Below, one piece after another: positions 1 through 9,539 of a DNA stretch of 12,674 nucleotides. This stretch comes from Octopus sinensis. Taxonomy: Eukaryota. The position numbers and the translations under genes are program-made. Location of the stretch: NCBI RefSeq assembly GCF_006345805.1, contig NW_021826519.1, positions 1-12,674 of the forward strand, in the 5' to 3' direction. The notes beneath the pieces were generated by a model. The model saw only the letters and a list, made by a program, of their open reading frames with translations, made no database searches and was not told the DNA's origin. The stretch's first letter is position 1; every line of letters starts with the position of its first letter.

Positions 1-224
1 GTTGCCATTTTCAAAATGAAAAATGGCTAAAAACCCACGAAAGTTTTGAAAGTTTGTTTGTAATTTCGCCCATACAGCGGGCGGAATTTCGCGAATAATT
101 CTCAGGTTTTTTAGTGAATGAATTTGCACAACGATTAAAACAAAATATTTGACAACAAGGAGTTTTAAACATGTAAAAGTGGCCAACTTACTTGGAGCCG
201 ATATGACTAGCGTCCGTCCATTGT

Positions 225-277
225 GATAGAGATAGATAGATAGATAGATAGATAGAGAGATAGATAGAGAGATAGAC

Positions 278-373
<96 letters not shown>

Positions 374-393
374 GAGATAGATAATAGACAGAC

Positions 394-481
<88 letters not shown>

Positions 482-490
482 TGATAGATA
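225..490. repeat. (GATA)n tetranucleotide microsatellite with GACA/GAGA interruptions
   Basis: Directly visible; source of the LSIY-repeat ORF 207..506(-). Confidence 0.98.
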
Positions 491-591
491 TTGGCGGCAG
501 TTCCATCAGATGATGTCAGTTGGTCATCTTCGAACCGAAGGACGAACATTATTTATACATGCATATATATGCGGACACAAACATATACTTA

Positions 592-716
592 TAAGATGAT
601 CTGGTTCTTGACTGATGACTGAGGGCTTCGAATGTCCCGTCCTGTGGTTCTTGTGTCGTCTCTGTGGTGTTTCATGTTCTTGTCCATGTCTGTAATTAAT
701 TTTACTGTTTACCTAT
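592..716 (+). repeat. 125 bp direct repeat, copy 1 (unclassified interspersed repeat)
   Basis: taagatgatctggttcttgactgatgac...ttactgtttacctat recurs at 1369-1492 with one 1-bp indel and one substitution. Confidence 0.95.
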
Positions 717-796
717 ATAATCGGCGGCTACGTATCCACAATTGTCCTTATACGATAAGTATATTTTTTTCTCTAGCTTTGATACGACTCTTATCT

Positions 797-975
797 GTCT
801 CTTTTTCTCTCTCTCTCTCTCCTCCCTTATTCCACTTCCTTTCTTTCCCTCTCCATCCGTTCCCCCCCCCTTCTACGTTTCTCTATCTCTCTCACCTCCA
901 GCCCCCTCGATCTGTCTCTTTCTTCTCCTCCCTCGTCCACCTTCTCTCCCTTTTCATCTGTCCCTTTCTCCTGTC
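797..975. repeat. Pyrimidine-rich low-complexity tract including (CT)n
   Basis: Almost only C/T on the + strand. Confidence 0.85.
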
Positions 976-1368
976 TTTTGTTCTCACGTGACAGCTAGCC
1001 GCTGTTGAGCGCTCTTTTCGTTTTCAGCAGCCGCAGAAGCAACACGTATTTGTTCGTCTACCCGTGGCCTTTAGGCACAACTTCACAAGCCAGCCCCATA
1101 CTCAAATCGTCCTGTCGAAAGACCCTTGTCCTACGTCCTGGTTTTGTTTTGTTGTTTATTTTTTATTTTTACCGTTATTGTTTTTACGTTTTGTATTCTT
1201 ATTGGTGTCACGTATTCTGTATTTTTGTTTGTGTACTTCGATCGTTTTCCGTCCTTTCGTTGTATACATTCGAAGCTTTCTTCCAGGGGATCTAATGCGC
1301 TTGGCTTAGATTTCCCTTGGCGGGCTGGCCATATCGGAGCAATCTCAAGATTAATCAGCCGAAATTGC

Positions 1369-1489
1369 TAAGATGATCTGGTTCTTGACTGATGACTGAG
1401 GGCTTCGAATGTCCCGTCCTGTGGTTCTTGTGTCGTCTCTGTGTGTTTCATGTTCTTGTCCATGTCGGTAATTAATTTTACTGTTTACC

Positions 1490-1492
<3 letters not shown>
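1369..1492 (+). repeat. 124 bp direct repeat, copy 2
   Basis: Matches 592-716 except ctgtggtg vs ctgtgtg and gtctgta vs gtcggta; runs directly into (TA)n. Confidence 0.95.
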
Positions 1493-1526
<34 letters not shown>

Positions 1527-1626
1527 TGTGTGTGTGTGTGTGGTGTGTGTGTGTGGTGTGTGTGTGTATGTATGTATATGTGTGTTGTATGTATCTATCT
1601 ATGTATTCGTCTGTTTGTCTATCTAT

Positions 1627-1687
<61 letters not shown>

Positions 1688-1691
1688 ATTC

Positions 1692-1742
<51 letters not shown>

Positions 1743-1760
1743 TATATATATATATATATA
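1493..1760. repeat. Compound microsatellite (TA)n-(GT)n-(TATC)n-(TA)n
   Basis: Directly visible. Confidence 0.97.
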
Positions 1761-2035
1761 TTCCTCTTTAATCGTCGCCTACGATAACCACGGCTCCCAA
1801 CCGTCGCCTTTCGTTGAAAACAGAAATAATAGCTGACAAACTATCATCACCAGTAACAACTCAAAACATTAACAGCGACGACCATCAATGGCAACACCAA
1901 TGTTTAACGATCCACCGTATCCTCACAACCTTTTACCATCCCTCGCCCACATCGTATTTTTTTTCTCCACCTCTTAAGGGAAAAGCTACAGTTAATTTAA
2001 TAACAGAACTGTAGACGCTGAGGTGCAATTCGTAC

Positions 2036-2115
2036 ATATGTACAAACATACACACACATGTATACATATATATAGAAATATATATATATATATATATATT
2101 ATTACATACACACAT
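2036..2115. repeat. Degenerate (CA)n/(TA)n microsatellite
   Basis: Directly visible. Confidence 0.85.
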
Positions 2116-2412
2116 GCTTACAACTATTCGCGAATGCATGATTACTTTTTGTGTAAAAGATACGTAAATAATCTATATAGCTCTACAACAGACAGCAGTA
2201 AAACATATTAATATTTCCGCTACACGCGTGACAATTTACACAGTGTCTGTAAGTAACTGGGTAAGGAGAGACGTCGACGCAGAAGACGTATAGTAAACCA
2301 GTAATACACACATAATGGTATATGCATAAACATTATCATCGTACCCACAAAAGGAGATGAGATTGTAAGGGATATCATATGAGAGAAAACACCACGTCGC
2401 GATACATTTGCG

Positions 2413-2488
2413 TGAGTGTGTGTGTGTGTATTTGAATACATATGCATTTGTATACACACACACAACACAAATATATATATATATATAT

Positions 2489-2531
<43 letters not shown>

Positions 2532-2643
2532 TATATGCAGATATATATATATATATGTGTATATATATAGATACACACACACACATATATATATATATGT
2601 ATATGTATATGCATATGTACACACAGATGTGCGCTCGCATAAG

Positions 2644-2679
<36 letters not shown>

Positions 2680-2735
2680 CACTCACACACACACACACAA
2701 CACACTCATATCAAGCAGTTACACACATATATACA
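2413..2735. repeat. Compound microsatellite (GT)n/(CA)n/(TA)n/(TC)n
   Basis: Directly visible. Confidence 0.95.
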
Positions 2736-2940
2736 CAAGATATTGTCACTGAATATGCGTTACGTTACACATACGGGCGACATCTGGTGTCCCAAGTGCG
2801 TTGATACTATAATTCGATAAAATGAAACACAAAATGCATTAATGTTTGAAAACACAATCGGTAATACAAGAAATGTTACTGACATTTCTGATAGTGTCAC
2901 TTACATTATACACACGCATCCCTTGTCAAACTGTATTTTC

Positions 2941-2977
2941 ATACATATACACACACACACACATTTATATATATATA

Positions 2978-3036
<59 letters not shown>

Positions 3037-3077
3037 TATATATATACATGTACGCATGCATACAAAATATATATAAA

Positions 3078-3162
<85 letters not shown>

Positions 3163-3191
3163 ACATACATTCTTGCATATACAGGCTGATA

Positions 3192-3242
<51 letters not shown>

Positions 3243-3345
3243 GCGTGTGTGTGCATGCACGTTTGTGTGACTGTGTATGTGTGCTTCCGTGTATGTATGT
3301 ACGTATGTTTGTATGTTGCACGTATATGTATGTGTATAGAGACAT

Positions 3346-3403
<58 letters not shown>

Positions 3404-3446
3404 ATCTGTGTGTGTGTGTGTATAAAAATTATACACACACATACAT
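2941..3446. repeat. Compound (TA)n/(CA)n/(GT)n microsatellite block
   Basis: Directly visible; source of several YI-repeat ORFs. Confidence 0.95.
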
Positions 3447-3539
3447 AAGCGTGCATGATCCATTTTATATGTATTCTAGGAATTCATCTTCTTTGAGGAT
3501 GTGAAAACTGTATCCATAAGAAGACAGCCCATAAAGTAA

Positions 3540-3541
<2 letters not shown>

Positions 3542-3595
<54 letters not shown>

Positions 3596-3630
3596 AATAG
3601 ATATAACATATACATATATATATTATACAC

Positions 3631-3662
<32 letters not shown>

Positions 3663-3692
3663 GTATGTATATATATATATAATATATATATC

Positions 3693-3744
<52 letters not shown>

Positions 3745-3775
3745 ATATACATATATATATAATATATATGTATTA

Positions 3776-3826
<51 letters not shown>
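3542..3826. repeat. Interrupted (TA)n microsatellite
   Basis: Directly visible. Confidence 0.97.
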
Positions 3827-3829
<3 letters not shown>

Positions 3830-4403
3830 TAAAAATATAAAGTTTGTACATATACTGCAACAGAAGGCATTACGTGACCGTTCAATTTGCTAGACATACA
3901 AAACGAATTCTCCTTCAATCGATATTCAACCGTGTTAATTTATTCGTTAAAATCACTCTTTAGCCCTCTGGTGGTAAAATTGAATTCATTCACCCATACC
4001 TTTAGTAATGTAGAATTGTTAGGGTACGTGTATGCGCACAGATACACACATACATACATATACAGATGCGCACACGTATATACACACACATATATTTATA
4101 CATGCAGACAAAAGTGTGTTGCTTCCAAAGATTGTGTTCCTTAACTCACAGATATCTTCGGTTTTACCCCGCGAAAATTCTTTTCGGCTGATTGCTATGT
4201 ACTCACCCTCAAACACACTCTAACTTCCGATGCATTGTCAGGCTCTCACGATTTTTTGCCTGTTGCTTTTATAATAGCATCTGCTCTTCAAAACTGGTTG
4301 ACCTCGTGCTATCTACACTCAACACCCAGTTTTCGCCCGACCCTCCGCTTCCCATCAATCCTATTCTGCAGAAAAACTAAATAGAAGAAAGAACTGATAC
4401 ATT

Positions 4404-4430
4404 GACGGAAACTGAAAGAAGCCCGTCTTT

Positions 4431-4500
<70 letters not shown>

Positions 4501-4715
4501 TAAGTGTCTGTGTCTGTGTGTTTGTTTGTTTGTGTGTCTGTGTTTGTCCCCTCAACATCGCTTGACAGCCGTAACTTAGCGGTTCGGCAAAAGAGACCGA
4601 TAGAATAAGTACTAGGCTTCCAAGGAATAAGTCCTGGGGTCAATTTGCTCGACTAAAGGCGGTGCTCCAGCATGGCCACAGTCACATGACTGAAACAAGT
4701 AAAAGAGTAAAAGAG
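4404..4715 (+). mobile_element. 5'-truncated SINE (family A: body and tail) with internal (TA)n(GT)n microsatellite
   Basis: gacggaaactgaaagaagcccgtc, microsatellite, then ...cttagcggttcggcaaaagagaccgatagaataagtac...ggcggtgctccagcatggcc...gactgaaacaagtaaaagagtaaaagag with a short tandem tail. Recalled as the 3' part of an abundant octopus tRNA-derived SINE whose head is at 12587-12674; not verified by search. Confidence 0.85.
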
Positions 4716-4839
4716 AAAAAGTATGCAATCCCATGTCCTGGAATGTCGCTCTTCTAAAAACTCATTCTTGATTATGGCTTTCCAATAGTCACTGATTTGT
4801 AACGGTTAAGGTGAGATGTCAACACCTCTTCTGTTGCAG

Positions 4840-4883
4840 AAGACCTGTGAAGATCATCGGAACTGTTTCATCTTAAAAGATTA
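4840..4883 (+). CDS. Weak candidate 44-nt exon (frame KTCEDHRNCFILKD)
   Basis: Acceptor cctcttctgttgcag and donor ta|gtaagt; only one frame is open. No homology recognised; could be chance. Confidence 0.2.
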
Positions 4884-4904
4884 GTAAGTAAAATCTTAAC
4901 AGTT

Positions 4905-5355
4905 GAATAGAAAATAGATTCCTTCGATATTTTCAAATAGCTTCCATTTCTTTTCCTGCGACAGCACCATCTCATAAAGGTTGGTACTGGCAAAACAGGC
5001 TGGTACACCAAGCAGAGATTATTCGCCTGGCGCGACATTTGACCTATCTAAACACATTCGAAGACAATTGTTGACATTGTTCTTAAAAAAAAACCAACTT
5101 TTACTTGTTATATTATTTAATACATTAAAGAAGTGACATCGCTAAGAACTTCCAGGATTACTTATTCATTTACTCAATTCATTTGGATTAAAGTGCTGTG
5201 ATTAATTGTTGCAAAATTAATAGAATTTAATGAGTAAAGATAGTCGAAATGTCAGTGCCAACAATCATAGCCTATAAATACTCAAATAGAAACAGAATAG
5301 GATAAAATAAATAGAATGGTCGTCGACAGATTGACAGGAAGACGGAATTGACATA
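4905..5355 (+). repeat. Left arm of a degenerate long inverted repeat (old interspersed repeat or possible TIR)
   Basis: Collinear anchors with the reverse complement of 9540-9860: gacatttgacc 5034-5044 vs 9740-9750; tttaatacattaaag 5116-5130 vs 9662-9676; ttcatttact(c/t)aatt 5165-5179 vs 9621-9635; gattaaagt 5186-5194 vs 9606-9614. Outer boundaries approximate. Confidence 0.8.
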
Positions 5356-6266
5356 AATAAATAAATAAATGTGTAAACTAGCTTAATGAAAACTTTTAGG
5401 CAATGGCCAGTGTTTATTCTAAAGATATATGTTCCTGAATTTATGCCCTTTAAATATCGAAATTTAGAGAAATGAGTTATATAGAATTAATGAAGTTACA
5501 ACCTGAAAGGCCAGAAATAATTTAAAAGGAGTATCGAATCAGATATCCCTTCAAAAAAAAAAAAAAAACACGAAAATTCATGAAACTCTAGAATTTTTAT
5601 CAATTAATATTATCACATTATGAATAAGCACATCAATTGAAATCATACAATCTTTATAGTTTGGTTAGGCCACTACTACAATAATTTAAAAGTATGTGAG
5701 TATTAACAATATGTTGAAAGCATTATAAATAATTAGTAGGGCCATAAATGTTGATAAATGTTTAATAATTTATAAGATTATAACAAATTATAAAGAATTA
5801 TAAAGTCCATAACTAAGGAGAATGAAGCAAATGTTAGAAAGATATTGCGTAAGGCTAGAAGCAAACTGAATAAACTTATTAAATGAAATTATATAAAATA
5901 TATTATATAAAATTACAGTCATTTGTCGTTAGAAGTAAAGGTTGACGAAGATATCTTAAATATGGTTAGTTATATATATTTATGATATTAATAGTATTAA
6001 GACACGCTAAGCTACCTAAATATAGTCCACGAATACCATTAATTGTAAGGGTTATAGAGAGGTATCTAGCACTTGGGGAACATTTTATAGAATTGGTTTA
6101 AAGCACAAGTTCTAAGATAGAATGCGGACACTTGATCTGATTTATAAATAGCATCACCCGTGCCATTTAAGATTTCCAAGAATTACAAACAACAGAGATT
6201 GTGACGATATCCATGATTTCTGGCGAGGCTCCACATTAAATGAATATCGGTATGTTTGTCATTTAG

Positions 6267-6321
6267 CTCCCAGACCATCGCAGAGAACGATTTGAATTTC
6301 GCTTTACCTCTCATTCAAAAG
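6267..6321 (+). CDS. Candidate 55-nt exon (open frames LPDHRRERFEFRFTSHSK or SQTIAENDLNFALPLIQK)
   Basis: Acceptor atgtttgtcatttag, donor aag|gtagga; higher GC and complexity than flanks; both open frames are phase-compatible with exon 12104-12134. Product not recognised. Confidence 0.35.
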
Positions 6322-6529
6322 GTAGGAGGATGATTATGTATTTACTCGATTAAAAAATGGAAGAAATGGACACTACATAAGTGAAAATATGTAGATTAGT
6401 TTTGATATTACATTTATTTGCAATGTTTCTGATCAGCATTTATTTCCTAGTGGGTATTCAGATTTCTTCTTACAATAACATAATCTAGTTAACGTTGGAA
6501 ATATTGTGGATTACGTAACTGATACCACT

Positions 6530-6697
6530 ATGCAATATGATCGCAATTATCAATAGCATTGGTATGTGCATTATCCACTTCATCAACGGTTATATTACCA
6601 TAATTCGTACTGCAGTTATCATAAATATCATTAAGTTCTCCAAGCGTTCCAGAATGGGCGTTCTCATTATCACTGCTTTTATTATCGTTGTAATAAT
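6530..6697. repeat. Old degenerate (ATT/ATC)-type trinucleotide low-complexity tract
   Basis: Three-base periodicity (attatc, tattat, cattat); gives N/D-rich and I-rich pseudo-ORFs. Confidence 0.7.
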
Positions 6698-6911
6698 TCT
6701 TTTCTACTCTAGGCACAAAACCCGAAATTTCGGGTGAGTGGACCAGTTGATTACATCGACCTCAGTACACAGCTGGTACTTAATTTATCGACCCCGAAAT
6801 GATGAAAGGCAAAGTCGACCTCTGCGGAATCTGAACTCAGAACGTAAAGACAGATGAAATACCGCTAAACATTTTGCCCAGCGTGCTAACGTTTCTGCCA
6901 GCTCGCAGCCC
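6698..6911 (-). mobile_element. Full-length tRNA-derived SINE (family B, tail variant 1)
   Basis: Reverse complement reads ggctgcgagctggcagaaacgttagc (A-box-like) ... gagttcagattcc (B-box-like) ... gactttgcctttcatcatttcggggtcgataaattaagtaccag ... gtgcctagagtagaaaaga; ~85% identical to 10004-10170 over head and core. Confidence 0.92.
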
Positions 6912-7122
6912 TATTATGTTGTAATTATTGCCATAACTATTATTACAATTCATACCAGTACATCTAGTATTATTACAACTATTACTGTTGTTCTTATTAT
7001 TAAATGAATTGTTAAACCTACAATGGTTATTCCTTATTATATTTGCTATAGTAAATATCATTTTTAACGCAATTATCATTATGATTATTGTAATTGTCAT
7101 TATTATTGTTCTCAGTATTATT
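6912..7122. repeat. Degenerate (ATT)n tract
   Basis: Decayed trinucleotide periodicity between the SINE and the 7123-7620 element. Confidence 0.75.
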
Positions 7123-7620
7123 GAATGAGAGAGCAATACATGTCATCAAAGTGACATTAGGGTAAAATATACGAAGCCCAGTATGCCCATCATGACTACC
7201 CATCTGATAAGGGTACACCAGGCACATGCATCACAACGATATGTGCGCGACATGGTGATCTCATATCAAGATAAACAGCGCATCACCTTGGAGGTGGGGC
7301 CAAATTAGAATTTTCTGCTGGTCGAGTAACCCATCCCGCTCAAAAGGTCCCTAAATAAGGGCTGTTTAAGGATGTTGAACGAAACACCCCTGCTTCCAAA
7401 GGTGAATTATTCAAACCCCAAAGAATCCCTCTCAATACATGGCTATGATGCTCCCCCACTACTTCTGCTCGTGATCAGAGATGCACATATCGTCAGCCAC
7501 TAAGGGACATGGTCAACTGGTTAAGGTCAAACAACTGACAAGCAAATCTGTGGTGTTGAGCAGAATATTTGCTGTAACCCATCTTTTATACCAAGACAAA
7601 GCAATGTATATGATAACACT
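7123..7620 (-). mobile_element. ~500 bp non-coding interspersed element, probably a non-autonomous retroelement, flanked by (AAT)n on both sides
   Basis: Complex, GC-richer block with sharp edges against ATT tracts; no long ORF; recalled as an abundant octopus repeat (unverified). Orientation inferred from the ...gctctctcattc-aataat end. Confidence 0.7.
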
Positions 7621-7648
7621 TTATTATTATTATTATTATCATCATCAT

Positions 7649-8072
7649 CTGTTTGACTTTCGCTTTACATTTGTACAAGTTGGCTCCAAGTCTCACCCAG
7701 AGACGACAAGAGACAACAGGTTAGAAGTTCAAGCTGGTGTTATACCTTGGGTGTCATATATTTGGTTTTGCACATAGTGTTGTTTTAGAGAACGTTTTAA
7801 AAAGAAAAAAATTATGAGTTTGTTTTAAAATTTGAGATTACATAGACAGGATTTTACGTAGGATATGGGAAGTTGCCACGTGCAGTGTCTTTTGAATTTC
7901 TGCCATTTTGGTATTTCCTGGTATCTGAGATAGGTAGCAATCAGCCTCTTTGGCTATCATTCCTAGGGCATCTATGACAACAGGTATTGTTTTAGTCTTC
8001 AGATTCCACATTTTGCCAATTTCTATTTCAAAATCTTTATATTTGCTCTGTTTTTGGTAGGTCTTTACAGAT
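7649..8072 (-). mobile_element. RLE-type non-LTR retrotransposon 3' fragment (R4/Dong-like), copy B
   Basis: Open minus frame 8071-7838: SVKTYQKQSKYKDFEIEIGKMWNLKTKTIPVVIDALGMIAKEADCYLSQIPGNTKMAEIQKTLHVATSHILRKILSM*, then a ~190 bp 3' UTR; ~90% identical to copy A in the coding part. Confidence 0.92.
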
Positions 8073-8098
8073 CATTATTATTATTATTATTATTATTA

Positions 8099-8160
<62 letters not shown>

Positions 8161-8206
8161 TATTATTGTTATTACTATTATTATTATTATTATTATCATT
8201 ATTATT
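8073..8206. repeat. (ATT)n microsatellite between the two LINE fragments
   Basis: Directly visible. Confidence 0.98.
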
Positions 8207-8954
8207 CTATGTTTGACTTTTGCTTTATATTTGTACAAGTTGGCTCCAAGTCTCACCCAGAGACCTCAAGAGACAACAGGTTGGAAGTTCACGTTGTTGT
8301 TATGCCTAGTGTGCCATATATTTGGGGGTTTTTTGGTGTTGTACTAGTGAATGTCTAATAAATAAATTTTTTTTTTAAATGTTTGTTTTAAACCTTGAGA
8401 TTACATCGAAAGTATTTTGCGTAGGATATGAGCAGTTCCCATGAGCACTATCTTTTGAATTTCTGCCATTTTGGGGTTTCCTGGTATCTGAGTTAGGTAG
8501 CAATCAGCCCCTTTTGCTATCATTCCCAGGGCACCTATGACAACAGGTATTGTTTTAGTCTTCAGCTTCCACATTTTGCTGATTTCTATTTCAAGATCTT
8601 TATATTTGCTCAGTTTTGGTAGGTCTTGACAGATACGTTTATATCGATTGGGACAGTCATATCAATGAGGAGGCATGTTCTTTGTCTGAAGTCTTTCAAT
8701 ATGATGTCTGGCCTATTTGCATCTATCTTCCTGTCAGTTTGAATGGTGAAGTTCCAGAGGAGTGAGATGTGGTCATTTTCAAGCACTGGAGGTGGATTGT
8801 GTTCCCAACAGTTGTTTTCATGGGCAATCCAGGTTTTTGCAAATTACCCAGTGAATATATTGTGCAGCTCTATCATGCCTATTGAGGTACTCTGTAGGCG
8901 CTAGAAGACTGCATTTGGAGACAACATGATCAATGGCTTCATTTGTTGTTGACA
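8207..8954 (-). mobile_element. RLE-type non-LTR retrotransposon 3' fragment (R4/Dong-like), copy A: partial CCHC knuckle, restriction-like endonuclease and 3' UTR
   Basis: Minus translation with three -1 frameshifts: CQQQ/NEAIDHVVSKC (C-x8-H-x4-C) ... EYLNRHDRAAQYIHW ... /HENNCWEH ... LLWNFTIQTDRKIDANRPDIILKD ... CLLIDMTVP ... KTYQ/LSKYKDL ... IPVVIGALG ... ILRKILSM* (stop 8401-8403). RHD, RPD (8706-8714), D and K-x2-KY motifs are hallmarks of the PD-(D/E)xK RLE domain. Clade assignment is from motif recall. Confidence 0.93.
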
Positions 8955-8977
8955 TTATATTATTATTATTATTATTA

Positions 8978-9046
<69 letters not shown>

Positions 9047-9050
9047 GTTA

Positions 9051-9084
<34 letters not shown>

Positions 9085-9202
9085 CATTTTATTATTTATT
9101 ATTATTATTATTATAAGATTATTATTATTATTATTTATTATTATTATTATTATTATATTGTTATTATTATTATTATTAATATTATTATTACCATTATTAT
9201 TA

Positions 9203-9276
<74 letters not shown>

Positions 9277-9413
9277 CATTACTATTATTATTATTAAATC
9301 ATTATTATTATTATTATTAGTAGTAGTAGTAGTAGTAGTTAGTAGTAGTAGTAGTGGTGGTGTGGTGGTTGTGGTGGTGGTGTAGTAGTATAGTAGTAGC
9401 AGCAGCAGCAGCA
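8955..9413. repeat. Compound trinucleotide microsatellite (ATT)n-(AGT)n-(GGT)n-(AGT)n-(AGC)n
   Basis: Directly visible. Confidence 0.97.
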
Positions 9414-9539
9414 GTATAATTACTATTAATTATTGTTTCATTTCCATTGCTTTCCTCTCCTACTTTTTTCTCGCCTCTGAATTTCGCGGAGACTTCGCTA
9501 TTATCTGCGGTTCTCCTTAATTTATTTTCCCCTGAATTA

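Noticed and set aside
1010-1051. Acceptor ctcttttcgttttcag with a possible 18-nt microexon (QPQKQH)
   Set aside because: Donor cac|gtattt is weak and nothing else supports it.
719-1792. Similar 21-mers aatcggcggctacgtatccac (~719) and aatcgtcgcctacgataaccac (~1770) after each direct-repeat copy
   Set aside because: About 75% identity over ~21 nt with no extension, inconsistent with the ~98% identity of the repeat itself; likely chance.
207-4223. Numerous ORFs rich in YI, LSIY, CV and HT repeats
   Set aside because: Translations of (TA)n, (GATA)n, (GT)n and (CA)n microsatellites, open only because these repeats lack stops in some frames.
4806-4839. Strong donor aag|gtgaga at 4811
   Set aside because: It would define a 29-nt intron to the 4839 acceptor, which is implausibly short, and no convincing upstream acceptor was seen.
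6720-6735. Perfect 16-bp palindrome acccgaaatttcgggt
   Set aside because: Lies within a SINE tail; no second copy in the window to show it is conserved.
8818-9279. 153-aa minus ORF with poly-I/poly-N fused to a zinc-knuckle-like segment
   Set aside because: The N-terminal ~110 aa is the (AAT)n array; only the tail is real LINE sequence, and it is a truncated fragment.
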